Positions 15,874 through 25,799 of a DNA stretch of 64,000 nt are shown in pieces. A model generated the notes under the pieces. The model was not told where the DNA came from and ran no database searches. It saw nothing but the letters and a program-made list of their open reading frames with translations. The translations under genes were made by a program, and so were the position numbers. The DNA comes from a virus (Duplodnaviria; Caudoviricetes): positions 288 to 64,287 of IMG/VR virus record IMGVR_UViG_2791354756_000002. One strand, given 5' to 3'. The stretch's first letter is position 1, and the number at the start of each line of letters is the position of its first letter.

Positions 15874-18771
15874 TTAATCGACTTTACCGTGTGTATCACC
15901 GTAATTCGGCCCCCAGCCTACATCATATTTCCAGACCACAGGAAGCCATGGGCACTGCTTGCGAGTCTCCTCGACTATCAGATTATCGAGGGTAGACTTG
16001 AGATCTGTGTATGCTCCATGGGGCGCCTGGAAGAGAATAGAGTCGTGAACGGTAAGAAGAACGCAACTGCCATCGTTACGAGACTGCAAATACTTGTTTA
16101 CGCGAATCAGGCAGGACATGACGATATCCGAACTGGTACTCTGTATCCTTGCGTTTACTGCCTGTCTGTGCATGCGCTCCCTGTCACCTCTTGAATAGTA
16201 TGCGTATGGGAAACGCCTACGTCTTCCGAAGTATGTATAGACGAAATTGTGCTTATCCGCGAAGTTTTTCGTATCATTTATGTAACGAAAAACACCTGGA
16301 TATGTAACGAAAAACTGATCAAGATAATGCTGCGCTTCTTCTACTGTCACATCGATGCGCATACCGTTCCAGAGTTGCTCCTTGAGGGTTTGTGCACCTA
16401 CCATATAAATGGTACCGAAGTTTACTTTCTTTGCCACCTGCCTCTGCTTATACTCCTTGGTCGTCTTGTCCTCCTTGTTGACGCATATCTGTTCGTAGGT
16501 AAACCTACCGCTACTGATACCCGCGCCAGTCAATGAGTGAATATCCTTCCCGGTATTGAAAGCATCGATCAGGTGCTCATCCATGCTGTATGCGCACAGA
16601 GTACGCATTTCAGCGTTCGATATATCAAGGTCGTATATGTCGTAGCCTTCGTCTGGAAGGAAGAGAGCTTTCAGGTTGAGCATCTCGTCCCCGCCCATCT
16701 TCAGACTAAACGGCACGTTTTGTAGGTTAGGGTTGCTGGAACTGAGTCGATACGTAGCCGTACCAGTCTGCAAAAAGTCTGTGTGCAGACGGCCATCGTA
16801 CGCTGACTTGTCCAGCCAATTCTTCAGGTAGGTGCCTGAAGTCTTGGACAATCTTCTATACAGAAGCAGATCATTCAGAAAGTTCAGATCCGGGTGAGCG
16901 TCAGCCAGATTGTTGAGACTTTCCTTGTCCACAGCGGGAGCGCCACTGTCTGTATAGTTAAGTATGGGGAGCTTGAGGTCCTCATACAGGATCTTCACGA
17001 GATCCGCGCTGGAGTTCGGGTTGAAGCTCACCCCTATCTCCGTGCGCATACGATCAAGAACTTCTTCCGTCTTCCTCTCCAGTATGCCCTGATACTCGCG
17101 TATCCTGTCACGGTCCATGCGGATACCATGCAACTGCATCCTGGCGAGCTGTTCGGACAACGGCATGGTAATGTTCATGTATGCCTCGCCAACCGGACGC
17201 AACATGCTCATTTCCTTGCCGTATTTACGCCTGTTCAACTGGTCCTGTATGTCACTCTTGCGCATCTCTTCCAGCTGAATATCGTATATCATCCTGGTGG
17301 TGATAACGTCCATCGCGGCGTAACGAAGAATGGTATCAAGATCGATATCCTCGTAGGACTTGAACTTGAGCTCCTCTGGAATATCAGGCTCAACGACAAT
17401 TTCCTGGGGAATCTCCGTATCCGGCAAGCGCTTTGCCATTCGACTAAGCGAGTCCAGATACTTCTTGGGTATCACAAGCTCGCCCTTGCGCTTCACGCGC
17501 TTTACCTCAGCCAGAAATGCCGTGTCCTTGACGGTTATGTACTTTGCGGCAGCCCATTTGGCGAGCAGCTCGATACGTGTGGCCGTATCCAGACCTACCC
17601 ACCACTCAAGCAGGTTCTGCCTTGTCTTCTCCTTCGCCTCATCCTCAAGCTTGCGAACTTCAACATCCTTGTCCTTCCACGCTACCTCCCTTATTTTCTT
17701 GAGTTCCTCTTCATAGTTGGCGTATCCGGGAAGCCTGTCGCGAGTAATATCCTTCAGGCTGTACTCGCCCTGCTTGGCCTCATCCAGGGTATGCTCGGCA
17801 AGAATCACATCCCAGTACTGAGGAGGACACGTTATCCCCCTGCCCCAGAGATAACGCATATCAAAGGAGCCGTTGGCCATAAGCAGCTTCACCTTGGGGT
17901 GATTGAGTATCCTCTCGGCTGCCTCCTGAATTGCCTTGCGCTCATCAGCTGTGAACGGCGCCTTGCGATGGTCAAAGGGAAATGCCAAACCCTTGTTCTT
18001 CGCCCACGAAAAGGACATCACAATAATGCGATCTTCCAGCACATGTGGCAACAACGAGGTTGTTTCCGTATCGAACGCCACCGGTACGGCTTCCTGTTGT
18101 GACCTGTTTATCCCCTCCTCAAGATTCTTCAGCTTTGCCAATATCTCCGGCACTGTCACCGGACAATGCACTATCGGTTCCGTATGGTTGCGTGTACCGT
18201 AGTAGACATCCAATGCCTTCTGACAGTCACTCACAAACACGTTCACCAGACCGTGATTCTTCACGATTGTTGACAAGTCATAGGCGCATACCACAGGAAC
18301 CGTTCTGCCATTCTTGTCAGTAAACGGCTCAAGTGTGCCACGCTTGGCTGATACCACGCCCTTGATGTTCAGCGCCCTGTAGGCATCCACGCCCATCGCG
18401 AGTATGACATCTGGTTGCTGTAAATCGATGAAATCCCTGGCGTAGTTCGCGCACCTGGATATGATATCCGCAGAAATGTCATACCGTTTTGTCTCCCTGT
18501 TGTAGGAAGGATTGCAGCAACATGCGTAGCCGTAATAGCATGTAGGCTTGTCTCCTGCCGGAAGCCGCATGTACAGCTTGTTCATAATGCTGCGGATAAG
18601 GTTCGATCTTTGTCCCATGAACGGGACACTGCCTTTGCCATTCTCCGTGGCGGACCGTGCATCCGGGAAGCCTCCCAGTATGTACAGTCCGCCTTTCTGC
18701 TCACCAGCCCTGTTTGGGGTTACGCACGGACGCCCCTCAAGAGGGCAACCGCTACACAGGGAAGAGTTCAT
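15874..18771 (-). CDS. polA: Family A DNA polymerase with N-terminal UDG-like domain and 3-5 exonuclease
   Basis: Start MNSSLC at 18771 (SD AAAAGGAG). UDG-4-like LGGFPD...PFMG...CCCNP; Exo FDTET, NGSFD, YAAMD; Pol DISNAEMR, AKKVNFGTIY, TVHDS. Confidence 0.95.
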   Translation of the reverse strand: MNSSLCSGCPLEGRPCVTPNRAGEQKGGLYILGGFPDARSATENGKGSVPFMGQRSNLIRSIMNKLYMRLPAGDKPTCYYGYACCCNPSYNRETKRYDISADIISRCANYARDFIDLQQPDVILAMGVDAYRALNIKGVVSAKRGTLEPFTDKNGRTVPVVCAYDLSTIVKNHGLVNVFVSDCQKALDVYYGTRNHTEPIVHCPVTVPEILAKLKNLEEGINRSQQEAVPVAFDTETTSLLPHVLEDRIIVMSFSWAKNKGLAFPFDHRKAPFTADERKAIQEAAERILNHPKVKLLMANGSFDMRYLWGRGITCPPQYWDVILAEHTLDEAKQGEYSLKDITRDRLPGYANYEEELKKIREVAWKDKDVEVRKLEDEAKEKTRQNLLEWWVGLDTATRIELLAKWAAAKYITVKDTAFLAEVKRVKRKGELVIPKKYLDSLSRMAKRLPDTEIPQEIVVEPDIPEELKFKSYEDIDLDTILRYAAMDVITTRMIYDIQLEEMRKSDIQDQLNRRKYGKEMSMLRPVGEAYMNITMPLSEQLARMQLHGIRMDRDRIREYQGILERKTEEVLDRMRTEIGVSFNPNSSADLVKILYEDLKLPILNYTDSGAPAVDKESLNNLADAHPDLNFLNDLLLYRRLSKTSGTYLKNWLDKSAYDGRLHTDFLQTGTATYRLSSSNPNLQNVPFSLKMGGDEMLNLKALFLPDEGYDIYDLDISNAEMRTLCAYSMDEHLIDAFNTGKDIHSLTGAGISSGRFTYEQICVNKEDKTTKEYKQRQVAKKVNFGTIYMVGAQTLKEQLWNGMRIDVTVEEAQHYLDQFFVTYPGVFRYINDTKNFADKHNFVYTYFGRRRRFPYAYYSRGDRERMHRQAVNARIQSTSSDIVMSCLIRVNKYLQSRNDGSCVLLTVHDSILFQAPHGAYTDLKSTLDNLIVEETRKQCPWLPVVWKYDVGWGPNYGDTHGKVD

Positions 18772-18787
18772 AAAGAATCTCCTTTTG

Positions 18788-21700
18788 TCAGATATCAAAG
18801 TCCATGTCTGTATCCTCACTTCCTTTACACGTTGCGGAGCCGCCAAACTCTGGGTCGTTATCATAGCAGGACATCGGCGGTTCCGGTGGGCAGCAACTTT
18901 CGGATACATGCCTCTGACCTGGCTGCATCTGGTTGCTGTCAAAATCATCTCGCAGATACGCCATCTGCACCACCGAATAGGATGCGGGAGTCTTGGCGTC
19001 CACGATATTGAGTTCGTTCACAATTTGCTTGTGTGTCTGTTTATCTATATTTCCAACAAGATACTTGTTCTTGGAGATGCTCTCGCGCATACCGCCTTCA
19101 GTAAGGTTTTTGTACTGACTATACCCCATACCGAAAATCGCTGTGCGAATCTGTCGCCAGTAGAATACCAGCCAATTCTTTGACGGTATGCAGTACACTC
19201 CGCAATGAGAGTTGTTGAGAACATTGATGTCATCCATCGTACCCTCGATTATGAGGTCACGAGGAGACACCTTCTCGGATATATTCCCATTGGAAGCCTG
19301 TATGCATTTGGTAAACAGAATGCTGTCAAGTATCCTGCTTTTGGAATCTGCTGTATACACTGTTTCAAGCCTCGTCTTGTTTGCCGATACAACATCTTTA
19401 TACAATTCTATGGGGTCGTGCGGATCATCCTTTGTCCCACACATTTCATACACGGTGAGAACTGTGGATACCGCAGACACAAAGCGCGATGACACAGGAG
19501 GAGTTGTCTGTACCTTCGACAATATGGTGTCCAGGTCTCTGCGCCGGTTTATGATTTCGGGTATGTACCCGATTAATCCTGTAGTGATGGACTTGCGCAG
19601 CTCGTGCACTTGCTGTTCGCTGAACTTCTCGTTGATGATGTCGGCGATATTCCTGCGCGTGTAGTCCTTCTTGGTGTAGAGAACGACAATACGGGTCAGG
19701 AAGGTATCATCGTCAGGAAGGTGGATAGCAGCACACAGGATAGGAGATTGCAGCGTGTACTCAATGACATCCGCCTTTGCCGCCGAACCTCGGCCAATCT
19801 TCGAACCACCAGTGGGCACACCATACGCAAGTTTCAGAATGGACTTCATGCGCATATTGTGCTCGGTGGTGTCGTCTGTCTCGGCCTCGTCAATATTCAG
19901 CAACTCCGAGGATCCATCCATTGCCTGATAGATGTACGCTTCCGTCGCATTCGTCGTAACTTTCGCGGGCTCCAAAATGGACGGGATTTCATGTCCGGTG
20001 CTGAATATACCCCCCAAGAGTCCTTGTGCGAACGAGGTCTTGCCCGAAGTTGACTCGCCAGTAATGAACGTGACGTTCACACGCTTGGTAGCCAACTGGA
20101 TGGGCAATGACATGATCCATGCAGCGATGTACTTGCGCATGATTTCGTGATTCTCGAACAGCCATCCATCAACGATATTGAGAATATCGTTGTAGGTCTT
20201 GTTCAGGTCAACCTGCATGCCGTAGTACAAATCCTGAATATCATTGACAGTCTCAGACCACTTGTCCTTGTTGTTGATGGCAAAGTAGAAGCGACCGTCA
20301 CGGATATCGCGTATTCTCTCCCACTCTATCTTCGAACCGGACTCAGGGTTGTACGTGCCCCGAAACACACGTGAACCGTTAACGACATACACATGGTTGT
20401 TGCCCGCGATATCCTTGTAGTGGATACCCTGCCCGATTCTCGTGAGTATGCCTTTGTCCACGCAAGCTGCCGCCAACATGGACATAACCTTGCGCATGAC
20501 AACCGTACCCCGACGAATCTCCTCTGTGCGAAGAGAGGTAGGATTCGAGGCGTACTTCTCGGCCTCGGCCTGTGGCGGCGTGATAGTAACTGCATTGCGC
20601 AGGATACGCTTGAGCCAGTCCACCATGTCCATACCAACGTATTGCGTGACCATTGTCTGCAGAGCCATCTCCGAGCTGAGTGACAGCATGCAGTAGGTCT
20701 CGTTCAGGCGGGAGTACACACAGTACACATTTACGCCCTGACGGCTTTCGTAGAACGGTATGCTCACCTGATCCACAAAAGCGTCATAGGCCACACGGGT
20801 AGCGCCATCCATGGTATTCACATCGTGCACATCGTTGTACACAACGTCATCCAGGGAAAGGTCCACACCGGTCTTGTTGGAATAGACCGATATGAACATC
20901 GCCTTGTCGGCCTTGTCATAGACTGCCTTCAGCCAGTAGGCGAGCACTTCCCGCAACTTGCCGGCACGTTCGCTGGCAAGGTTGGACGCAACGGTTTCCT
21001 GTCCGGACGCCCTGGCAAGCTCCTGCTCTGAGTCAAGCCGAGCGTTCAGCTTGGCGAGAGCCTGATCGCACTGCTCCTCTACCCAGGGCAGTTGATTCAG
21101 GTAAGTATTCTCGCGCTGAACCCATATCTGCTCACGTACAAAGTCGTAGCCGTGTGTTTGTACGGCCTCATCCAGGTCGCCAACATTGTTGGCCATCTCC
21201 GGAGGCCAGGTAAAGATGCGGTACTGAATGGGAGGATTGCTTGGGTCACCACGATGGTTATCGGGACGGCACAGCCAGCTGTACGCGATCTCTGTGCCCT
21301 TCTTTTCGCCCGGAACGTCGGTGACTATGCACAATGTGCGTATCCAGCACTCTCTCAGGAACGAGAAATCGGTGGCAGCCCCACCACCGCCGGCAAAGAT
21401 GGGAAAATCCGTGGTGTACCCGTTTTTGAGTTGCTCTACCATAATCGAAAGAGCGTCAAACTCCCCTTCGGTTATGACAGCAGCTGTACTGGTATCAGAG
21501 ATAAGGCGGGAATAGTGATGGAGCCCAAACACGCCCATACGGCGCTTTTCCACAGGATCCTTCACTATGTAGAAGTTTTTAGAAAAGAGAGTACGCGCAA
21601 CATTGGGGTCAAGGTCCTCAACCTTGTCCACCGAGGCCATAATGGCCTGGGTTTCCTTCGCACGCATACGCAGCTTGAAGTTTGATATGGTACCAGGACT

Positions 21701-22366
21701 GTCGTTGTACCAGAATATGACATCGCCCCACATACGAAAGCTGTTCGCTTCCTTGAAGTATTTGTCATAAGCGGAATGGTACTCCTCACTTATATACTTT
21801 TTGACATGTTCGGGCTTTCCGAAAATTGCCACAGGAAGGTTTGGTATCATCGAGACAGGCACATTGCGTGCCTTCTCAAGATACACCGCTGCGGGGCGCA
21901 TATAATCGAGATAGGAAGGATGATCCCGGATGAATTCTTCGGCGAGCTTTCCGAAAGCCACTGCGGCTTCCTTCTTCATCTCCTCGATTTCATGGAATTC
22001 CGAGAACTTGTCCGCGTCATCCCCAAGGATGTTCTCCAGCTTCAGTTCGGCATTGAGGTATATCAGAGCCGCAAGGTAGCTGGATCCCTGCAACTTTGCC
22101 ACAAGTTGAACAATGTCGGTTATGGTTTTGCCACAGCCGAAACATTTGCCCAACCTCATGCCAAACTGCAACTTGAGGCTGGGCGTTTTTTCATCGTGGT
22201 ACGGGCAAAGGCCGGTTATTGTCTGACCATTCCTCGTCCACTTCTGATTCGGAGCGATACGCTGCAACAGCGCCAGCCAATCGGCAGCCGGGGCAGCTGA
22301 CCATATTTCACGCAACCGCTCCCAGGTTACCGACTTTCTCTCTCCTTTCTTGCGCTGTCTCGCCAT
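18788..22366 (-). CDS. Primase-helicase (CHC2 zinc finger, TOPRIM, P-loop helicase)
   Basis: CPYHDEKTPS...CFGC; VITEGEFD and GDLDE; TGESTSGKTS and NIDEAE. Confidence 0.88.
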   Translation of the reverse strand: MARQRKKGERKSVTWERLREIWSAAPAADWLALLQRIAPNQKWTRNGQTITGLCPYHDEKTPSLKLQFGMRLGKCFGCGKTITDIVQLVAKLQGSSYLAALIYLNAELKLENILGDDADKFSEFHEIEEMKKEAAVAFGKLAEEFIRDHPSYLDYMRPAAVYLEKARNVPVSMIPNLPVAIFGKPEHVKKYISEEYHSAYDKYFKEANSFRMWGDVIFWYNDSPGTISNFKLRMRAKETQAIMASVDKVEDLDPNVARTLFSKNFYIVKDPVEKRRMGVFGLHHYSRLISDTSTAAVITEGEFDALSIMVEQLKNGYTTDFPIFAGGGGAATDFSFLRECWIRTLCIVTDVPGEKKGTEIAYSWLCRPDNHRGDPSNPPIQYRIFTWPPEMANNVGDLDEAVQTHGYDFVREQIWVQRENTYLNQLPWVEEQCDQALAKLNARLDSEQELARASGQETVASNLASERAGKLREVLAYWLKAVYDKADKAMFISVYSNKTGVDLSLDDVVYNDVHDVNTMDGATRVAYDAFVDQVSIPFYESRQGVNVYCVYSRLNETYCMLSLSSEMALQTMVTQYVGMDMVDWLKRILRNAVTITPPQAEAEKYASNPTSLRTEEIRRGTVVMRKVMSMLAAACVDKGILTRIGQGIHYKDIAGNNHVYVVNGSRVFRGTYNPESGSKIEWERIRDIRDGRFYFAINNKDKWSETVNDIQDLYYGMQVDLNKTYNDILNIVDGWLFENHEIMRKYIAAWIMSLPIQLATKRVNVTFITGESTSGKTSFAQGLLGGIFSTGHEIPSILEPAKVTTNATEAYIYQAMDGSSELLNIDEAETDDTTEHNMRMKSILKLAYGVPTGGSKIGRGSAAKADVIEYTLQSPILCAAIHLPDDDTFLTRIVVLYTKKDYTRRNIADIINEKFSEQQVHELRKSITTGLIGYIPEIINRRRDLDTILSKVQTTPPVSSRFVSAVSTVLTVYEMCGTKDDPHDPIELYKDVVSANKTRLETVYTADSKSRILDSILFTKCIQASNGNISEKVSPRDLIIEGTMDDINVLNNSHCGVYCIPSKNWLVFYWRQIRTAIFGMGYSQYKNLTEGGMRESISKNKYLVGNIDKQTHKQIVNELNIVDAKTPASYSVVQMAYLRDDFDSNQMQPGQRHVSESCCPPEPPMSCYDNDPEFGGSATCKGSEDTDMDFDI

Positions 22367-23225
22367 TGGTCATCTCCTTGTGCAGGGGACACATGCCTGC
22401 CACACGAAAATCACAATACTCGCAGTAACGGTTTTCGCGGGGTTCGGGTTCGAGATTTTCCAGGGCAACCAGGTAATCGTTCATCAGTGTCAGTACATTA
22501 TGCTCAAGGGAAGCAAAGTCCCTCTCCCTGTTGTAATGAGCAACCTTGTCGATTGTGGCGTCCTTCAGGTAAATACAATAGGTGTTTACGTTGTTTAGTG
22601 TGGGGTCCGACAGAAACTCGACATAAGAGTAGATACCTGTCTGGCGTATTACTTCTTCTCTTCGTTCTCTGGTAGGATGCTCTGTCTTGTAATCTACAAG
22701 ATTCATCCATCCATCACGACGCATTTCAAGGTCTATATACCCAAGAAAACCGAGCGGTGGATACTTTCCTTTCGGGTAATAGGCTCGTGTCGGCTTGACC
22801 GGCAAACCGCCAGGGCTGAGAGTTATCTTCTTTTCAGTCGATATCTCCGTCCCAGCGGTAGACATCAGCTGTAGCAGGCGATCCAAAACAGCCATCATCG
22901 GTTTCTGAATATCAGAAAATATAGACGCCTGCTCAACTGTACTCCTCTGATACACATAGTCGAAGAAGAAGTCAAACTCGGCGCCAGCCAGCGAAAAGTC
23001 CTTGCAGCTGTAGGCAGTCTTCATGGAATTTTCCATAATCCAGTGGGCCTGCTTGCCTACAACCATATCGTCATTGGCGGGGAGTTTCGGCAGCTGAATC
23101 TTCTTCTGGTATCGCAGAAAGAAAGACAAAGGGCATCCGAGCAGCGTATGCATCCGCGAATACGATGTAGGCAAGCCACCCTTGTGCTTTCCAATTTCCC
23201 GCAATACCTCGGAAAGACCCAGCAT
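22308..23225 (-). CDS. PD-(D/E)XK exonuclease (RecB/Cas4-like)
   Basis: SYSRMHTLLGCP, GYIDL, VDYKT, CEYCDFR...CP; start moved to MLGLSE at 23225. Confidence 0.85.
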   Translation of the reverse strand: MLGLSEVLREIGKHKGGLPTSYSRMHTLLGCPLSFFLRYQKKIQLPKLPANDDMVVGKQAHWIMENSMKTAYSCKDFSLAGAEFDFFFDYVYQRSTVEQASIFSDIQKPMMAVLDRLLQLMSTAGTEISTEKKITLSPGGLPVKPTRAYYPKGKYPPLGFLGYIDLEMRRDGWMNLVDYKTEHPTRERREEVIRQTGIYSYVEFLSDPTLNNVNTYCIYLKDATIDKVAHYNRERDFASLEHNVLTLMNDYLVALENLEPEPRENRYCEYCDFRVAGMCPLHKEMTNGETAQERREKVGNLGAVA

Positions 23226-23247
23226 ACCGGAACTCCCCTGTAACTGG

Positions 23248-23493
23248 CTAGGCCGTTGCCACGGGCTTCTTGTAAACGATGAAGCTGGCTTCCTTGGTAA
23301 GGTCGGTCTGTCCGGTCTGGAGGTTATGGAAACGACGAGGCTTCCGGTCCACCTTCTTGAAATAGTGGTTACGGCCAACAAAGCAGCGACCCTTCTCGGT
23401 CACCTCGTTGACGATGGTGTCCAGAATGAACTCGGCGATTTCCTTGGCCTTGGCCTGAGAGATTTCGAACTTTTCAGCGATTGCTTTGAACAT
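23248..23493 (-). CDS. HU/IHF-like DNA-binding protein
   Basis: IAEKFEISQAKAKEIAEFILDTI...RKPRRFHNLQTG. Confidence 0.85.
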   Translation of the reverse strand: MFKAIAEKFEISQAKAKEIAEFILDTIVNEVTEKGRCFVGRNHYFKKVDRKPRRFHNLQTGQTDLTKEASFIVYKKPVATA

Positions 23494-23507
23494 GTGTTAA
23501 AAACTCC

Positions 23508-24395
23508 TTAAATATCAAACGTTTCAGCGTCGGCCTTCTCTTCAATGACCGTCGCCTCTTCAACATCAATTGGCTCTTCTTCCTGCGGTGCGCGATTGAA
23601 GAGCTTTGCTCTGTAGTAGGCCGCAAGTGTCCTGTAGGTGCTCATATCTCCAAACTCTTCTGGAGCCTTCACATAGGACGCGAGCAGCCTTGCGTATGTG
23701 CCCTCATGCTTCCCCTTGAGGAGCACCACATAATCGTCCAGGCTTCTGTGACGAATTCTGGCTACATTGCGGGCACGTGCCATATTCTTGTCCAGGTCGA
23801 TAAACGCCTGCATACCGGTGCCACGCATACGCATGAACAGCGGAATTCCTTCCTGGATATCGAGGAAGGCGACATTAACCGTCAATGTGCACTGAGCCTT
23901 CTCTCCGGACGGAGACTTTTTGGCGGAAGGACAAAGCGGAACAAGACGATTATTTACAAGTTTGGCGCACTGTGGAGCGTCTGGTGTAAGCTCTCCGGTC
24001 TCCGGATACATGCCATCACGAGAACGGCACAGCGGTGTAGAGGTCTTGTTACCGTCAAACTTGGCAAATTTGGACCTGCTGTAGTTGAGAACGCAGATTG
24101 GAATCAGATACAGCTGGTCAACGATATCCTCATCACTTGGTTCCTCGGAAAGCTTCTTCCAGAACTTCCCGACATATTCTGGCTTGAGCTTGTCATTGAA
24201 CCTCAAAGCGCCTGGTTGCACCAGGGAAAGCTCAAAATACGCGTCCATGATAGGATACGCATTCCCGTTTATCATTACGGATTCGGATCCATCTTCTCCA
24301 TACACAGCAACGCTTGTAATGTCGTCGTTCGCCTTTGCGGGAAGAAAACGGTTGCGGTTTGCCTCGGCATACTGTTCAAGCACTTCGTTTGACAT
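23508..24395 (-). CDS. Putative ssDNA-binding or annealing protein
   Basis: First gene of the replication operon; acidic C-terminal tail; PLCRSRDG motif; start MSNEV at 24395. Confidence 0.45.
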   Translation of the reverse strand: MSNEVLEQYAEANRNRFLPAKANDDITSVAVYGEDGSESVMINGNAYPIMDAYFELSLVQPGALRFNDKLKPEYVGKFWKKLSEEPSDEDIVDQLYLIPICVLNYSRSKFAKFDGNKTSTPLCRSRDGMYPETGELTPDAPQCAKLVNNRLVPLCPSAKKSPSGEKAQCTLTVNVAFLDIQEGIPLFMRMRGTGMQAFIDLDKNMARARNVARIRHRSLDDYVVLLKGKHEGTYARLLASYVKAPEEFGDMSTYRTLAAYYRAKLFNRAPQEEEPIDVEEATVIEEKADAETFDI

Positions 24396-24471
24396 AATTG
24401 TCACTCCTTTGGTTTTTACGTACAAAATTACGCACAAAAAGATATACATGGACACAATTATCCATGTATAT

Positions 24472-24481
24472 CCTTATAACA
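24472..24481 (-). promoter_or_regulatory. Phage promoter motif heading the replication operon
   Basis: ATATCCTTATAACAAAAAC...ATTTAAT on +. Confidence 0.7.
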
Positions 24482-24639
24482 AAAACAAGCGTCATATATT
24501 TAATTTAAGCTCTTTTATAATCACGAGCTTTAACCGCTTTGTCGCATGGTGTAACATGCTAACCGAAAATTTCGGCTACCCTTGAAAACTACCCAATATC
24601 GGGCGGTTTGTCAATACTTTTATCCAAAGAGAAAACACT

Positions 24640-25557
24640 ATGCCAAAAAATAATTCCGGCGTCATGTCGAAAATTAACAATTATATCAAGTCCAGAAGGG
24701 AGCAGCTTGCGGAAAACCCGCTATTCGACAAGTATGACAAGATGCGCGTAGAGGATCTGATAGCCTGCTACAAGGATAATACATGTGGAGAAAGTGAGAA
24801 GAAGTTCATACTTGAGACCATATATCTGAAGGTCTTTTTTTATTTTCCCAGTTTTTTGAGCAAGAAGCGCTATCGCATGAATGTCATGCTGTACGATGAG
24901 GCATTGCAGAATATTTCCCTGCACATACTCGATGCTATCAACAGATTTGATCCATCAAGAGGCTTCCCTTTTGTAGCATACGCCTACGGTGACATTACGG
25001 CAGCCATGACACAGACGTTCCAGGAGTACAATACCATACGACTGCCGCAGGGGTCGAAGGCGTCAAAGGCAAAGGCGTTCTTCAAGGAAGAGGACTCACC
25101 TGCAAAGGAAGAAGAGCATAATGATGACTGCGAAATACCTGTGGACAACTTTGTACTCAATCCCGATATAGGCATGACCGCAGCCGTAGATAATCCCGAC
25201 AAGGCCATCAACAGCGATATATCCACCGATGTTGTGCTGTCCTCGCAGACAATCATGTTTACTGACGCAGATAGCATGGTTGTCGTCAACTATGACAATG
25301 ACCTACACAACAAGCAGGTAAAAGAATGGCTTGAGGAGGCATTGTCCGAGGAGTCCGGTGTACTCACCGATGATGAACGTCAGGTAGTGATATTGCACAA
25401 CGGCCTGTTTGATCACGAGCCCATGGTTTATGACGACATAGCTGCCATGCGCAGAGAAGCCGGCAAGGGCAGTTCTCGCTCGCGTATATCACAAATACAC
25501 ACCAGAGCTGTGGAAAAGCTGAGAAATTGGTTTGAGGAGATGGAAGTGGATGGTTAG
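24640..25557 (+). CDS. Phage sigma70-family factor
   Basis: Region 2 AINRFDPSRGFPFVAYA...NTIRLP; region 4 LTDDERQVVILH...DDIA...SRSRISQIHTRAVEKLR. Confidence 0.88.
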   Translation: MPKNNSGVMSKINNYIKSRREQLAENPLFDKYDKMRVEDLIACYKDNTCGESEKKFILETIYLKVFFYFPSFLSKKRYRMNVMLYDEALQNISLHILDAINRFDPSRGFPFVAYAYGDITAAMTQTFQEYNTIRLPQGSKASKAKAFFKEEDSPAKEEEHNDDCEIPVDNFVLNPDIGMTAAVDNPDKAINSDISTDVVLSSQTIMFTDADSMVVVNYDNDLHNKQVKEWLEEALSEESGVLTDDERQVVILHNGLFDHEPMVYDDIAAMRREAGKGSSRSRISQIHTRAVEKLRNWFEEMEVDG

Positions 25558-25575
25558 CTGCAATAGCTAAAAAAT

Positions 25576-25611
25576 GGTATACGCATAACATGTTAATGTT
25601 ATGCGTATACC
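25576..25611. terminator. Terminator between convergent genes
   Basis: 16-bp perfect stem GGTATACGCATAACAT/ATGTTATGCGTATACC with an outer CAATAGCT/AGCTATTG arm. Confidence 0.75.
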
Positions 25612-25625
25612 AGCTATTGTCCTAA

Positions 25626-25799
25626 TTACTTGTCGGTATCTGCCCTCTGTTTCCTGTTCTCAAGAATCTCCTTCACCTTCTCAAGCTTGTCGGACGCAAG
25701 CTGATTTTTCTCATTGAGCTTTTTCAGCTCACTGATAAGCTGCTCTGTCACCTGCTCGATCTCCTTGCGGGCAGCCTCAATGTTACGAACACCACTCAT
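25626..25799 (-). CDS. Small coiled-coil protein (57 aa)
   Basis: Manual translation MSGVRNIEAARKEIEQVTEQLISELKKLNEKNQLASDKLEKVKEILENRKQRADTDK; ATGA overlap with the upstream stop. Confidence 0.6.
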   Translation of the reverse strand: MSGVRNIEAARKEIEQVTEQLISELKKLNEKNQLASDKLEKVKEILENRKQRADTDK

